Positions 49,712-59,903 of a stretch of 60,025 nt of DNA are shown here, piece after piece (the stretch's first letter is position 1; each line of letters begins with the position of its first letter). Origin of the DNA: Tissierellia bacterium (GTDB lineage: Bacteria; Bacillota; Clostridia; Tissierellales; Tepidimicrobiaceae); NCBI GenBank assembly GCA_012518955.1, contig JAAYRD010000168.1, positions 1 through 60,025 on the forward strand, read 5' to 3'. The notes beneath the pieces were generated by a model. The model had not been told where the DNA came from. It saw nothing but the letters and a program-made list of their open reading frames with translations, and searched no databases. Position numbers and translations under genes: made by a program.

Positions 49712-50602
49712 TTAGTCACCCCGTCTCAAAATAAAGTTTTTTAATCTTTGAGTAAAGCTTGTCTTTCTATCTACTTCAATAGTATCACAGGAATTTGTAA
49801 GGTTTAATGCCATTGTATTCATTCTTTTAGATATGATTGACCTAGGGCTAGACATTAAAAACGGTTCTTGGCTTATGACTGCTTTGTTCACCACTTTACT
49901 CTTTTCTAAATACCCTAAAAAACGTAAGTTAACTTTTAAAAAAGTCTTAGAAACCTGGTTAAGTTTGTAAAATAAATTTTCAGCTTCTATTCTGTTATTA
50001 ACAATATTTGCTACTATGTTTAGTTTACCTTCATACTCTTTCATTGTCAAAGCCTTAATCATTGTATATCCATCCATCATAGAAGTAGGGTCAGGGGTTG
50101 TTACAAGTATAACTTCATCTGCTGTTATAATAAAATCTAAAACCATATTTGAAACTCCTGCACCTGTATCTATAATAATGAAATCCATAATAGTTTCAAG
50201 CTTTTTAAATTCTTTTAATATTTTTTTAATATTTTCAGTATTCATAGTTGATAATTCATAAAAACCAGAACCGCCAGATATAATCTTAATTCCCTCAGGC
50301 CCTTCTCCTATAATTTCATGAATGCTGACATCTTTGGTTATTAAATCTGTAATATTATACCTTGTATTTATTCCAACTAGTATTTCCACATTAGACAATC
50401 CTATATCTGCATCTAGTATTAATACCTCATATCCTAATCTACGCATCGAAATTGCTAAATTAACGGCAAAATTAGTTTTGCCTACGCCCCCTTTTCCACT
50501 AGTAATAGCCAACACCTTAGCTTTGGTTTTAGTCGTTGTTAATTTATCATTGCTTATTTCCTTAGCCATCAGTTCTCTTAGTCTTTCAGCTTGATCTTTC
50601 AT
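49712..50602 (-). CDS. flhG: MinD/ParA-type flagellar number regulator FlhG (YlxH)
   Basis: SGKGGVGKTNF deviant Walker A. ATG 50602 lies 6 nt after a GGAGAGG RBS; the track start is TTG 50617. Confidence 0.9.
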   Translation of the reverse strand: MKDQAERLRELMAKEISNDKLTTTKTKAKVLAITSGKGGVGKTNFAVNLAISMRRLGYEVLILDADIGLSNVEILVGINTRYNITDLITKDVSIHEIIGEGPEGIKIISGGSGFYELSTMNTENIKKILKEFKKLETIMDFIIIDTGAGVSNMVLDFIITADEVILVTTPDPTSMMDGYTMIKALTMKEYEGKLNIVANIVNNRIEAENLFYKLNQVSKTFLKVNLRFLGYLEKSKVVNKAVISQEPFLMSSPRSIISKRMNTMALNLTNSCDTIEVDRKTSFTQRLKNFILRRGD

Positions 50603-51680
50603 ATGGATCCTCTCCAATCAAACAACTAACTACTTTATCTTTATTCAATATCTCAATATCATCTGGCACATTTTGTCCAGTGGTTATATAGGAAATTGGG
50701 TTTTTAGTTAAGTATTTTACATTCAGTATATTTCCAAGTTCTTTAGCTTCATCAATTTTTGTAAAGATGATTTTATAGTTTTTTATAAAATCATAATGTT
50801 CTACAATTGATCTTAATACACTAAGATTTGTAGTTCCACTTAAGACTAGATATATCTCTTTGTTTTTGGTAGAGTTTATCATTTTATATAATTCATCTTC
50901 TTTGGTTACTTTTCTATGATTTTTACCAACCGTATCTACAAATATAAAATCCTTTTCTTTGAAATTAACTAGCGTTTTCTCAAAATCATTACTATTATAT
51001 ATAATCTCTAACGGTAATTTTAATATATCGCTATAGGTTTTCAGTTGGTCAACAGCTCCAATCCTATATGTGTCCGAAGTTATCAATCCTATTTTATATT
51101 TTCTTTCCATGGTCAATTTGGCAGCAATTTTTGCTAATGTAGTAGTCTTGCCAACTCCTGTTGGTCCTATAAAAAAAATTACTTTCTGTCTTTGATTCTC
51201 TATATTTATAGGTTTTACCTGACCAATATATTCTGATATAGTGTATTTAACAATATTACTAATGGTTTCATCATCTTTGTTGTCAAAATTTATCTGTTCA
51301 TCTAGTTTTTTTAAAATTGAGGTTGCTATGGAGTAATCTACTCCGTTCTTTATTAATTGTCCATGATATCTTTTAAGCTTTGGAGAAACTTCAGATTCTT
51401 TATCCCCAATAGTAGAAGAAATCTCTTCTATCATACTTTTCAATGTTATCAATTCACTATTAACTTTATTAATCCTGTCATCATCATGTGATTTAGACAA
51501 TAATAAACTTTTAGACTCACAAGCTGCAGTAATTTCTACAATTGGCTTTTTAAAAAGTCCCAAAAAACCTTTTTGTCTAACTGTTCTTGTATTTAAAACT
51601 ATGGCATCTGAGCCAAGCTCCCTCTTTAACCGGTTCATAGCTTCATAAGCTGTGGAGCCTGTATATTTTTTAACTATCAT
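50586..51680 (-). CDS. flhF: flagellar biosynthesis SRP-type GTPase FlhF
   Basis: GPTGVGKTTTLAKIA, DTVG and TKIDE NG-domain motifs. Confidence 0.93.
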   Translation of the reverse strand: MIVKKYTGSTAYEAMNRLKRELGSDAIVLNTRTVRQKGFLGLFKKPIVEITAACESKSLLLSKSHDDDRINKVNSELITLKSMIEEISSTIGDKESEVSPKLKRYHGQLIKNGVDYSIATSILKKLDEQINFDNKDDETISNIVKYTISEYIGQVKPINIENQRQKVIFFIGPTGVGKTTTLAKIAAKLTMERKYKIGLITSDTYRIGAVDQLKTYSDILKLPLEIIYNSNDFEKTLVNFKEKDFIFVDTVGKNHRKVTKEDELYKMINSTKNKEIYLVLSGTTNLSVLRSIVEHYDFIKNYKIIFTKIDEAKELGNILNVKYLTKNPISYITTGQNVPDDIEILNKDKVVSCLIGEDPYERSS

Positions 51681-53707
51681 TATATATTCACCATCCCAAC
51701 AGATTGAACTTCCACTGAGGGCTCTATTTCATTATAAGATAAAACTATTAAATCCCTGGTTAGTTGTTCAGTTAATCTTTTAAAATAAAGTCTAACAATG
51801 GGTGCTGTTAATATAATCGGCTGCTGACCAATAGACGTCAGCTTCTGCACTGATTTTAGAGTATTGTTTAATATTTTTTGAGCAACATTAGGCTCTAATG
51901 ATAAATAAGATCCGGTTTCTGTTTTGTTAATAGAGTTCATAATAATTTCTTCTACCTCATTATCCAGTGTTATTACACTCAGTGTACTGTTTTCTACATA
52001 TTTATTAGTTATATAACCAGATAATTTTTGTCTTACATATTCAGTTAGTAGGTCTGTATCCGTTGTAACATTTCCATAATCAGCTAATGTTTCTAGAATA
52101 GTAACCATATCTCTAATACTTATTTGTTCTTTAAGTAGATTTGATAGTACTTTTTGAATTTCTCCAATAGAAAACACCTTAGGTACTACTTCATCAACTA
52201 CTGCAGGATACTCTTCTTTTACATTATCAATCAATAACTTCACATCTTGTCTACCAATAAGATCGTAAGATTTTTCCTTTATTACTTCAGTTAAATGAGT
52301 CGCTATTACAGAAGGAGGATCCACCACCGTATACCCGAATATCTCTGCCTTTTCTCTTTCACTTTCAGTAATCCACTTGGCAGGTAACCCAAAGGCTGGT
52401 TCTATAGTCTCAATACCCTCTATTTCGCCCTCCCCGGTCCCAGGATCCATAGCTAAATAATGATCAAAGAAAATCTCCCCTTTAGTTATCTGAACCCCTT
52501 TTATCTTTATTATATACTCATTAGGACTAAGTTGAATATTGTCCCTTAACCGGACAATAGGAACCACCAAACCCAATTCCATCGCTATTTGTCTTCTTAT
52601 CATAACAATTCTATCTAGAAGATCTCCGCCTTGGCTAACATCCGCTAAAGGTATAAGTCCATATCCAAACTCTAGCTCTATATCATCTACTTTTAGTAAA
52701 CCTAGTACATTTTCAGGCTTTCTTAGTTCTTCAGCTTCAGATATTTCCTCCGGAGCTTCATCGATTTCTATCTCAATTTCCCTATCCATAGAATAACCTA
52801 GAAAAGCAAATATCAATCCTAAAACTATAAAGGTGGATTTTGGTAATGGTGTAAATACTCCAAATAAAATCGTAACTCCTGCAATTATATATAAGAGTTT
52901 TGAATTATTGCCAAATAGTTGTTTAATTAAATCTTGTCCTAAATTTGATTCTGAAGCAGCTCTGGTAACTATAAGGCCTGTAGCTGTGGATATCAATAGC
53001 GCTGGTATCTGACTAACCAAACCATCACCCACTGTTAACAAAGTATATTTTTGCATAGCTTCTACAAGAGGCATCCCTGATAAAATACCTATGGATAATC
53101 CAGCAACTATATTTATAATAGTTATAATAATACCTGCAATGGCATCTCCCTTAACAAATTTTGTAGCTCCATCCATGGCAGCGTAAAAGTCTGCATATCT
53201 TTGGATATCAGCTCTTCTTCGCCTTGCATCTTCTTCAGTTATTAATCCAGAGTTTAAGTCCGCATCTATAGCCATTTGTTTTCCAGGCATAGCATCTAAA
53301 GTAAATCTTGCAGATACCTCTGCAACCCTTTCAGCACCTTTGGTTATTACAACGAACTGGATTATTATAATTATAAGAAATATAATAAAACCTACTACAG
53401 CATTATTCCCTATAACAAATTTACCAAAAGCTTCTACTACCTTCCCCGCATCTCCATGTGCTAATATACCTCTAGTAGTAGATATATTTAAGGATAGTCG
53501 AAAAAGTGTAGCAATTAGTAATAAGGATGGAAAAATAGATATTTCTAACACATCTTTCGAATACATTGATATTAATAATATTAATAATGACAAAGCTATG
53601 TTAATGCCTAGCAAAATACTTAATAAAGTATTAGGTATAGGTATAATTATTATAATTACTATTGCAATAATGCCCAGTGCGACAATAATATCACCAAATT
53701 TCATCAT
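51680..53707 (-). CDS. flhA: flagellar type III export protein FlhA
   Basis: 675 aa, FHIPEP-family membrane domain plus cytoplasmic domain. Confidence 0.97.
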   Translation of the reverse strand: MMKFGDIIVALGIIAIVIIIIIPIPNTLLSILLGINIALSLLILLISMYSKDVLEISIFPSLLLIATLFRLSLNISTTRGILAHGDAGKVVEAFGKFVIGNNAVVGFIIFLIIIIIQFVVITKGAERVAEVSARFTLDAMPGKQMAIDADLNSGLITEEDARRRRADIQRYADFYAAMDGATKFVKGDAIAGIIITIINIVAGLSIGILSGMPLVEAMQKYTLLTVGDGLVSQIPALLISTATGLIVTRAASESNLGQDLIKQLFGNNSKLLYIIAGVTILFGVFTPLPKSTFIVLGLIFAFLGYSMDREIEIEIDEAPEEISEAEELRKPENVLGLLKVDDIELEFGYGLIPLADVSQGGDLLDRIVMIRRQIAMELGLVVPIVRLRDNIQLSPNEYIIKIKGVQITKGEIFFDHYLAMDPGTGEGEIEGIETIEPAFGLPAKWITESEREKAEIFGYTVVDPPSVIATHLTEVIKEKSYDLIGRQDVKLLIDNVKEEYPAVVDEVVPKVFSIGEIQKVLSNLLKEQISIRDMVTILETLADYGNVTTDTDLLTEYVRQKLSGYITNKYVENSTLSVITLDNEVEEIIMNSINKTETGSYLSLEPNVAQKILNNTLKSVQKLTSIGQQPIILTAPIVRLYFKRLTEQLTRDLIVLSYNEIEPSVEVQSVGMVNI

Positions 53708-53715
53708 CTTTCCTC

Positions 53716-54804
53716 CTAAAAATCATCTCTTAGACTATATACATAAGCCAATACCTCTGCTACAGCTTCGTATAAATTCTCTGGTATTAAATCCCCAATT
53801 TCCACCGTATCATATAAAGCCCTCGCTAACACCTTGTTCTCCACCAATAAAATTGAATTTTCCTTCCCTACTTTTTTTATATTTTCAGCAATCAAATCAA
53901 TGCCTTTAGCCAATACATAGGGTGCATGATACAAATCCTTATCGTATTTTATGGCTATAGCAATATGAGTAGGATTTGTAATTATTACATCAGCCTTATG
54001 TACATCATGCATCATTCTTGACATGGCTATCTTTCTTTGACTTTCCCTTATTTTAGATTTAATCAATGGATCTCCTTCAGTTTGTTTGTATTCCTCCTTT
54101 ACCTCTTGCTTTGTCATCTTAAGTTCTTTTTCGTATTCTCTCCATTGAAACATATAGTCTAAAAATGCCAATATTGCAGATACTCCAATAATTCTAATAG
54201 AAAATCCAAAAACCATACCAGCAAAGTTTTTCAAAATAATTGTTGATTCTAAATTAGATAAATTTATAATTTTAACAATGTTTTTTTCAATAAAACTATA
54301 GCCTACAAAGCCTATTAGCAAAATTTTAAGTATAGATTTAACCAATTCAACTAAAGCCTTTTTAGAAAACAACCTCTTAAAACCTTCTATAGGATTTATC
54401 CTATTTAGTTTAATTTGTAAAGGTTTTGTGGTAAACAAAAAACCTACTTGCAAATAATTAATAATAAGGGCAGCTAAAAAAGAAATGAGAAGCATAGGGG
54501 CTATTGCACTAAAAAAAACAATAATAATTTTTGTAAATCCAATCATCAGATTGTTTTCATGAAATAATTCATCTACATCTACAATTGTTTTATAAGTATT
54601 AGTCATGAATTCAATTAAATTATTTATTATATATTTACCAAATATCTTTAAACCTAAAAAAGCGGCTAATAGTATAAAAATCGCTGTTACTTCTTTGCTT
54701 TGAAGGACCTGGCCTTCTTCTCTTGTATCTTTCCTTTTTTTAGGGGTTGGTTTTTCTGTTTTCTCCGAATCTGCAAACAGTTGTAAATTAAAATCTAGTT
54801 TCAT
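53716..54804 (-). CDS. flhB: flagellar type III export switch protein FlhB
   Basis: LQLFADSEKTEKPTPKKRKDTREEGQV N-terminus and the NPTH autocleavage site (ITNPTHIAIA). ATG 54804 is preferred over the track start 54852. Confidence 0.95.
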   Translation of the reverse strand: MKLDFNLQLFADSEKTEKPTPKKRKDTREEGQVLQSKEVTAIFILLAAFLGLKIFGKYIINNLIEFMTNTYKTIVDVDELFHENNLMIGFTKIIIVFFSAIAPMLLISFLAALIINYLQVGFLFTTKPLQIKLNRINPIEGFKRLFSKKALVELVKSILKILLIGFVGYSFIEKNIVKIINLSNLESTIILKNFAGMVFGFSIRIIGVSAILAFLDYMFQWREYEKELKMTKQEVKEEYKQTEGDPLIKSKIRESQRKIAMSRMMHDVHKADVIITNPTHIAIAIKYDKDLYHAPYVLAKGIDLIAENIKKVGKENSILLVENKVLARALYDTVEIGDLIPENLYEAVAEVLAYVYSLRDDF

Positions 54805-54808
54805 ATTA

Positions 54809-55597
54809 TCAACCTTCAATAAACAATCTAAAGAAATTATATATTTCTTCAACAGTTCTATTAAATATACCAGTTGTTATAGAATAAAATATAGGCATAG
54901 ATACACTTATTAATAATAGTCCTACTAATATCTTCAAAGGCATTCCTACTACAAAAACATTCATCTGGGGTATAGTTCTTGCAAGTATCCCCAATAATAA
55001 ATCCGTTAAAAATATAATAGCAACCATAGGAGCACTCAGTTTAAAACCAATGATAAAAGTTTTAGATAATACATTAATTAATAAGTCAGCAGCATTTTTA
55101 GAAAAAACAAATTTACCAACAGGAAGAAATTCATAGCTATCTATCAATGCTTTTATAATGGTATGATGCCCATTAATGGACAGCAAGACTAAAAATGCTA
55201 ATATGTAATAAAAGTTCCCCATTATAGGGACCTGTACCCTATGCTGAGGATCCACAACATTAACCATGCCAAATCCTATTTTCATATCCACTATTTGCCC
55301 CATAACATAAAAGGCAGCAAAAAAAACATAACTAATGAAACCTATTATTGTGCCCACCATCAGTTCTTTAAAGATCAACTCTACAAAACTTAACTCCAAA
55401 AGATTTAAATCAATATCTAGAGTCACTGCTAAGAGGATTGAAACTATAAAAGAAAATCCTACTTTCATGGTATTAGGTATATTTTGTGAGCTAAAAAAAG
55501 GAGAGATGAAAAAGATTCCAGAAGTTCTAACTAGAATCAGTAAAAACATTTCATATTTACCAAATAAAGTTTGTAAAATACCATCCATATAAAACAC
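54809..55597 (-). CDS. fliR: flagellar export protein FliR
   Basis: 262-aa polytopic membrane protein at the conserved fliQ-fliR-flhB position. Confidence 0.92.
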   Translation of the reverse strand: MFYMDGILQTLFGKYEMFLLILVRTSGIFFISPFFSSQNIPNTMKVGFSFIVSILLAVTLDIDLNLLELSFVELIFKELMVGTIIGFISYVFFAAFYVMGQIVDMKIGFGMVNVVDPQHRVQVPIMGNFYYILAFLVLLSINGHHTIIKALIDSYEFLPVGKFVFSKNAADLLINVLSKTFIIGFKLSAPMVAIIFLTDLLLGILARTIPQMNVFVVGMPLKILVGLLLISVSMPIFYSITTGIFNRTVEEIYNFFRLFIEG

Positions 55598-55601
55598 CTA
55601 T

Positions 55602-55871
55602 CTATTGTATATATAAATTTATATTGCTCAGAAGTTCCGTTGTAAATTGAGTAATTAGTTTTAAAATCCAAGGTCCAAATATAATTACCGATAAAAACAC
55701 TGCAACAATTTTGGGCACAAAAGCTAATGTAGCTTCCTGTATTTGAGTTACTGCTTGAATAATACTAACTGCCAACCCTACTAGCAAACTAAATATTAAC
55801 ATTGGCGCTGACATCATTAAAATAGTTCTAGTAGCATCTTGAGCTAGTTTTAAAACATCCCCATGATCCAT
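55602..55871 (-). CDS. fliQ: flagellar export protein FliQ
   Basis: 89 aa with two transmembrane helices, typical FliQ sequence. Confidence 0.93.
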   Translation of the reverse strand: MDHGDVLKLAQDATRTILMMSAPMLIFSLLVGLAVSIIQAVTQIQEATLAFVPKIVAVFLSVIIFGPWILKLITQFTTELLSNINLYIQ

Positions 55872-55881
55872 TCTATCCCTC

Positions 55882-56640
55882 CTACTTAAAACCTAATACT
55901 ACTGATCTCACTATTAGGTTCCATCCATCTACTAAAACAAACAATAATATTTTAAAAGGCAAGGATATAATAACTGGTGGTAACATCATCATACCCATAG
56001 ACATTAATGTACTTGCTACAACCATGTCAATAACTAAAAATGGAATGTAAATTACAAAGCCAATTTGAAATGCAGTCTTTAATTCACTAATAACAAAAGC
56101 AGGGATTAGAACATGGCTAGGTATATCATCCAAGCCAGATACATTATCTATTTTTTTTATATTCAAAAATAGGCTCAAATCCTTATCCCTAGTCTGTTTA
56201 AACATAAACTCCCTAATTGGTTCCATTGCTCTTTCTAGGGCCATCTCCTGATCTATTTCTTCCCTTAAAAATGGCTGTATTGATTCACTATTTAATTGGG
56301 TCCCAATAGGCGCCATTATAAAAAAAGTTAAAAATAAAGCTAATCCTATAATTACTTGATTTGGAGGTGTTTGTTGAAGCCCTAATGCATTTCTTATAAA
56401 TGATAGAACTATTATTATTCGAGTAAAGCTTGTAATCATAATTAATATAGACGGTGCTAAAGTTAATACGGTTAAAGTAAATAAAAGTTGCAAAGAAAAT
56501 ACATAATCCTGAGGTGTCCCATCACCACCCAATATTGGATTGTTTCCAAATAGAGATACCTCAGGTTGTGCGTATGAATATCCTCTGCTTATTATAATTA
56601 TAAAAACCGATATTGCTAAAATCTTAACCCATCTTTTCAT
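55882..56640 (-). CDS. fliP: flagellar export protein FliP
   Basis: Signal peptide and conserved SFTRIIIVLSFIRNALG...AFQIGF. ATG 56640 follows a GAGGAAGAG RBS; the track start is 56658. Confidence 0.93.
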   Translation of the reverse strand: MKRWVKILAISVFIIIISRGYSYAQPEVSLFGNNPILGGDGTPQDYVFSLQLLFTLTVLTLAPSILIMITSFTRIIIVLSFIRNALGLQQTPPNQVIIGLALFLTFFIMAPIGTQLNSESIQPFLREEIDQEMALERAMEPIREFMFKQTRDKDLSLFLNIKKIDNVSGLDDIPSHVLIPAFVISELKTAFQIGFVIYIPFLVIDMVVASTLMSMGMMMLPPVIISLPFKILLFVLVDGWNLIVRSVVLGFK

Positions 56641-57148
56641 TGTTTTTCTCTTCCTCATCTATCAATTTATTAGAATCCTTTAAAAGTTCACTAATTTTTC
56701 TCTGAAACTTACTTATATATCTGTTTTTTTCAATAGAGTTGTATCTATATCTATCCAATTCTTCCTCAAATTGTCTATTGCTACTAATTTGAATTTCATC
56801 TTCTGAAAGTTTATCAAGAACTTCAATAGTGTTATTTGTCATGGCCAATATATATACAGTTTCACTGATTTTTATTATTGCTATTTTAGTATTAGGGTCT
56901 AGTTTTAAAATATCTATAACCTTCATGTAATTGCTATTTATAAACCTTCCAGAGCTTTTAGCTATAAACCTTGTTCCATATATCGTAAGTATGACTACAC
57001 CAATAAATATTAATGTGTAAAAAATTAACTTTAAAATTGTTTTTCCTAGATTAAAGTCTACACCGTCTGTAGCATAACTAATACCACCTGTCAATAAGAT
57101 AATTATCATACTCAAAAGTAATGTTCTATATTTGGAATTTGTCTTCAA
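56624..57148 (-). CDS. fliO: flagellar biosynthesis protein FliO/FliZ
   Basis: Signal peptide plus one transmembrane helix. Conserved cheY-fliO-fliP position. TTG start overlaps the cheY stop. Confidence 0.8.
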   Translation of the reverse strand: MKTNSKYRTLLLSMIIILLTGGISYATDGVDFNLGKTILKLIFYTLIFIGVVILTIYGTRFIAKSSGRFINSNYMKVIDILKLDPNTKIAIIKISETVYILAMTNNTIEVLDKLSEDEIQISSNRQFEEELDRYRYNSIEKNRYISKFQRKISELLKDSNKLIDEEEKNNEKMG

Positions 57149-57507
57149 CTTAAGACCTTCTTTACAGCCTCTATTACCCTATCAGATTGAAATGGTTTAA
57201 CTATAAAATCTTTAGCCCCAGCTTGAATTGCTTCAATAACCATTGCCTGTTGACCCATTGCCGAACACATTACTATTTTAGCATTAGAATCTATACGTTT
57301 TATTTCTTTAACTGCTTGAATTCCATCCATTTCTGGCATTGTTATGTCCATTATAGTTAACTCAGGATTAAGTTCTTTAAATTTTTCTACAGCCTTTACT
57401 CCATTTTCTGCCTCACCAATTACCTCAAATCCATTCTTTGTTAAAATATCCTTTATCATCATTCTCATAAAAGAAGCATCATCTACTATTAATATACCTT
57501 TCCCCAT
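57145..57507 (-). CDS. cheY: chemotaxis response regulator CheY
   Basis: 120 aa, ILIVDDASFMR...DITMPEMDG...KPF, a receiver domain. Confidence 0.95.
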   Translation of the reverse strand: MGKGILIVDDASFMRMMIKDILTKNGFEVIGEAENGVKAVEKFKELNPELTIMDITMPEMDGIQAVKEIKRIDSNAKIVMCSAMGQQAMVIEAIQAGAKDFIVKPFQSDRVIEAVKKVLS

Positions 57508-57546
57508 ATTTATTCCTCCTTTTCAATCTGAATATCGATTGCCCTT

Positions 57547-58662
57547 TTAAGACTTATCGATATCTGTTATTCTTATTCCAAAGTTATCATCAATTACTAC
57601 AACTTCACCTTTTGCAATATATTTCCCATTTGCATAAACATTCAATGGTTCTCCCAACAACTTGTCCAGTTCTATAATAGTACCTGGTCCATAGGATAAG
57701 ATTTCTCCAATCCTTTTAGTAGTTCTTCCCAATTCAACGGTAAGCTCAACAGGTATATCACCAACTAAGTCAATAGATTCATCGTAGTTTGGCTCCACAG
57801 TAGTATCGAAAGTTTCAAATTCTGGACTTTTCACAACTACATGTTCTTTTTTAAGATCTTCTTCTTTTTCAATATTTAAACTTTGTTCCATTTTTTTGTT
57901 TTCACCAATGTTTTCAGCTATACCACTAATGTTTGTGTCATCAGGCTTAACATATTCATCTACTTCTATTTCATCTTCCATAAAATCCTCTGACTTTCCA
58001 TGTAAATCTTCCACTATACTTTGTCCAAAATCTAAGGGTATCAATTGCATTAGTTCACTATCTATTAAGTCTTCAACTACCATTCTAAAGGACACTTTGA
58101 TTATAGGATCATCGGTCATTAAAACATCCAAAGTTTCCTTGCCTTCACTAAAAGTTATTTCCGATGATTGAGGGGGTGCTATATCTATTTTTTTCATGAA
58201 GATTTCAGATAGGGATGTGGATGCTGACCCCATCATCTGATTCATAACCTCTGAAATAGCACTTAAATCTAATTCTGTCAATTCTCTATCTATATCTATT
58301 TCATCTTTGCCCATCATAATATCCGTTATAATCTTTACATCATCAACATTGATCATCAATACATTAGAACCTTCTAACCCTTCCTTGTATCTAACATCAA
58401 CTGCAACGAATGGTATTGGATATTCATAGGATAGTTCTCCAGTATTTGTAACTGTTACCTGAGGAGTAGTTATTACAACTTTCTTGTTCAATAAAGTTGA
58501 TAGAGTTGTTGCAGCAGTACCCATACTTATATTTCCTATTTCCCCTAAAGTATCCTTTTCCATCTCTGTAATTATATTATCAAACTCATAATCATTGTCC
58601 ATATCATCTGTTCCTTTTAAGAGAAGATCTATCTCCTCTTGAGAAAGCATATCATTACTCAT
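57547..58662 (-). CDS. fliY: flagellar motor switch phosphatase FliY (CheC-like plus FliN domains)
   Basis: LGEIGNISMGTAAT and ISEVMNQMMGSAST CheC-type motifs, with a C-terminal FliN/SpoA domain. ATG 58662 overlaps the fliM stop (CATGAGTAA). Confidence 0.92.
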   Translation of the reverse strand: MSNDMLSQEEIDLLLKGTDDMDNDYEFDNIITEMEKDTLGEIGNISMGTAATTLSTLLNKKVVITTPQVTVTNTGELSYEYPIPFVAVDVRYKEGLEGSNVLMINVDDVKIITDIMMGKDEIDIDRELTELDLSAISEVMNQMMGSASTSLSEIFMKKIDIAPPQSSEITFSEGKETLDVLMTDDPIIKVSFRMVVEDLIDSELMQLIPLDFGQSIVEDLHGKSEDFMEDEIEVDEYVKPDDTNISGIAENIGENKKMEQSLNIEKEEDLKKEHVVVKSPEFETFDTTVEPNYDESIDLVGDIPVELTVELGRTTKRIGEILSYGPGTIIELDKLLGEPLNVYANGKYIAKGEVVVIDDNFGIRITDIDKS

Positions 58663-59650
58663 GTTGACCATCACCATCCTTTGCAACTTTTGCTACTTTT
58701 ACTGCCATCTTATTTTTGACAATCCCAATATTGCCCAAAAATTTAACCTGTGAACCTATTTTTATTCTAACCTCATCTCCAGTACCTCCATCAAGCTTTA
58801 CAACATCTCCTACTTGTAAATTTATAACATCTTTGACCCTTATCGAAGTAGATCCTAACTCCGCTCTAACTGGCACTTTCGTATTTAACATTCTTTTTCT
58901 AATTGATGCTAATTCATTTTCAGACAATTCTTTTTGGGCCGTTGAAAACCAATACTTGGTACTTAATTTATCTAGTATGGGCTCAATCACTAAATGTGGA
59001 ATACAGACATTTAACATTCCCTCTGTAGATCCGATTTCTATGTTCATAGTTATTAATGCGATGGTTTCATTGGGAGGGACTATTTGTGCAAACTGAGGAT
59101 TTACCTCAATTTTATCCAAGTAAGGGTCTAAGTCAATTACATTTATCCAAGCCTCTTGTATTATAGGCATTACCTTGTCCATCATACCCTTTAATAAGGA
59201 TAGTTCTATCTCTGTAAAGGATCTTATTGTCTGACTTTCTGTACCATCTCCTCCAAGAAGTCTATCTATTATAGAGTATACAATATTAGTAGAAATATCT
59301 GTAAGAATTTGACCATTCAGAGGACTGAAATCTATAATATTTAAAAAAGCCGGATTTGAAATCGCATTGCTGAATTCACTATAGGCAAATTGATCCACAG
59401 TTAAGATGGATATTTTAACTGGTGCTCTTAGGTAGCCTGATAAAAATGTCTGAAATAACCTACCTAGATTTTCATGTATAATTTCCAAGGTTCTTAATTG
59501 GTCCTTAGCAATTTTTTGTGGATTCTTAAAATCATAAGTTTTAACTTTTTTCGAGTTCTCAACCTCTTTTATTTCTTGAACATCTACCTCTCCTGAACTA
59601 AGTGCTTGAAGTAGGGCGTCAATTTCATTTTGTGATAAAACTTCAGCCAA
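58655..59650 (-). CDS. fliM: flagellar motor switch protein FliM
   Basis: N-terminal CheY-P binding peptide LSQNEIDALL, followed by the FliM middle domain and a C-terminal SpoA domain. TTG start after a GGTGGAGGTGGAGG RBS. Confidence 0.95.
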   Translation of the reverse strand: MAEVLSQNEIDALLQALSSGEVDVQEIKEVENSKKVKTYDFKNPQKIAKDQLRTLEIIHENLGRLFQTFLSGYLRAPVKISILTVDQFAYSEFSNAISNPAFLNIIDFSPLNGQILTDISTNIVYSIIDRLLGGDGTESQTIRSFTEIELSLLKGMMDKVMPIIQEAWINVIDLDPYLDKIEVNPQFAQIVPPNETIALITMNIEIGSTEGMLNVCIPHLVIEPILDKLSTKYWFSTAQKELSENELASIRKRMLNTKVPVRAELGSTSIRVKDVINLQVGDVVKLDGGTGDEVRIKIGSQVKFLGNIGIVKNKMAVKVAKVAKDGDGQHE

Positions 59651-59669
59651 TTGCCTCCACCTCCACCTG

Positions 59670-59903
59670 TTACTGTATAATCAAATCATCGAAATATACA
59701 TTTGTAATATTTTCCTCATTAAATAATTTTTTTAAGCTTTCTTTGATCTCACCTTGTAATTCAACCTGTCCTTCTTTCCCCTGTAGGTCCTCTTCAGTTT
59801 TATTTCTTATAATTTTATTGATATCATCTCTTATTAAAAATTGTTTTCCCTCTATTGTATCTAAAGCTTTTTTATCCTTTGTTTCAATGGTTATTTTAAC
59901 CTG
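59670..59903 (-). pseudogene. fliL: 3' fragment of fliL (flagellar basal-body protein), truncated at its 5' side
   Basis: The frame encodes QVKITIETKDKKALDTIEGKQFLIRDDINKIIRNK...NVYFDDLIIQ-stop, which looks like a FliL C-terminal domain. There is no start codon or transmembrane helix, and an in-frame TGA (59904-59906) lies at the junction with unrelated sequence. Confidence 0.65.
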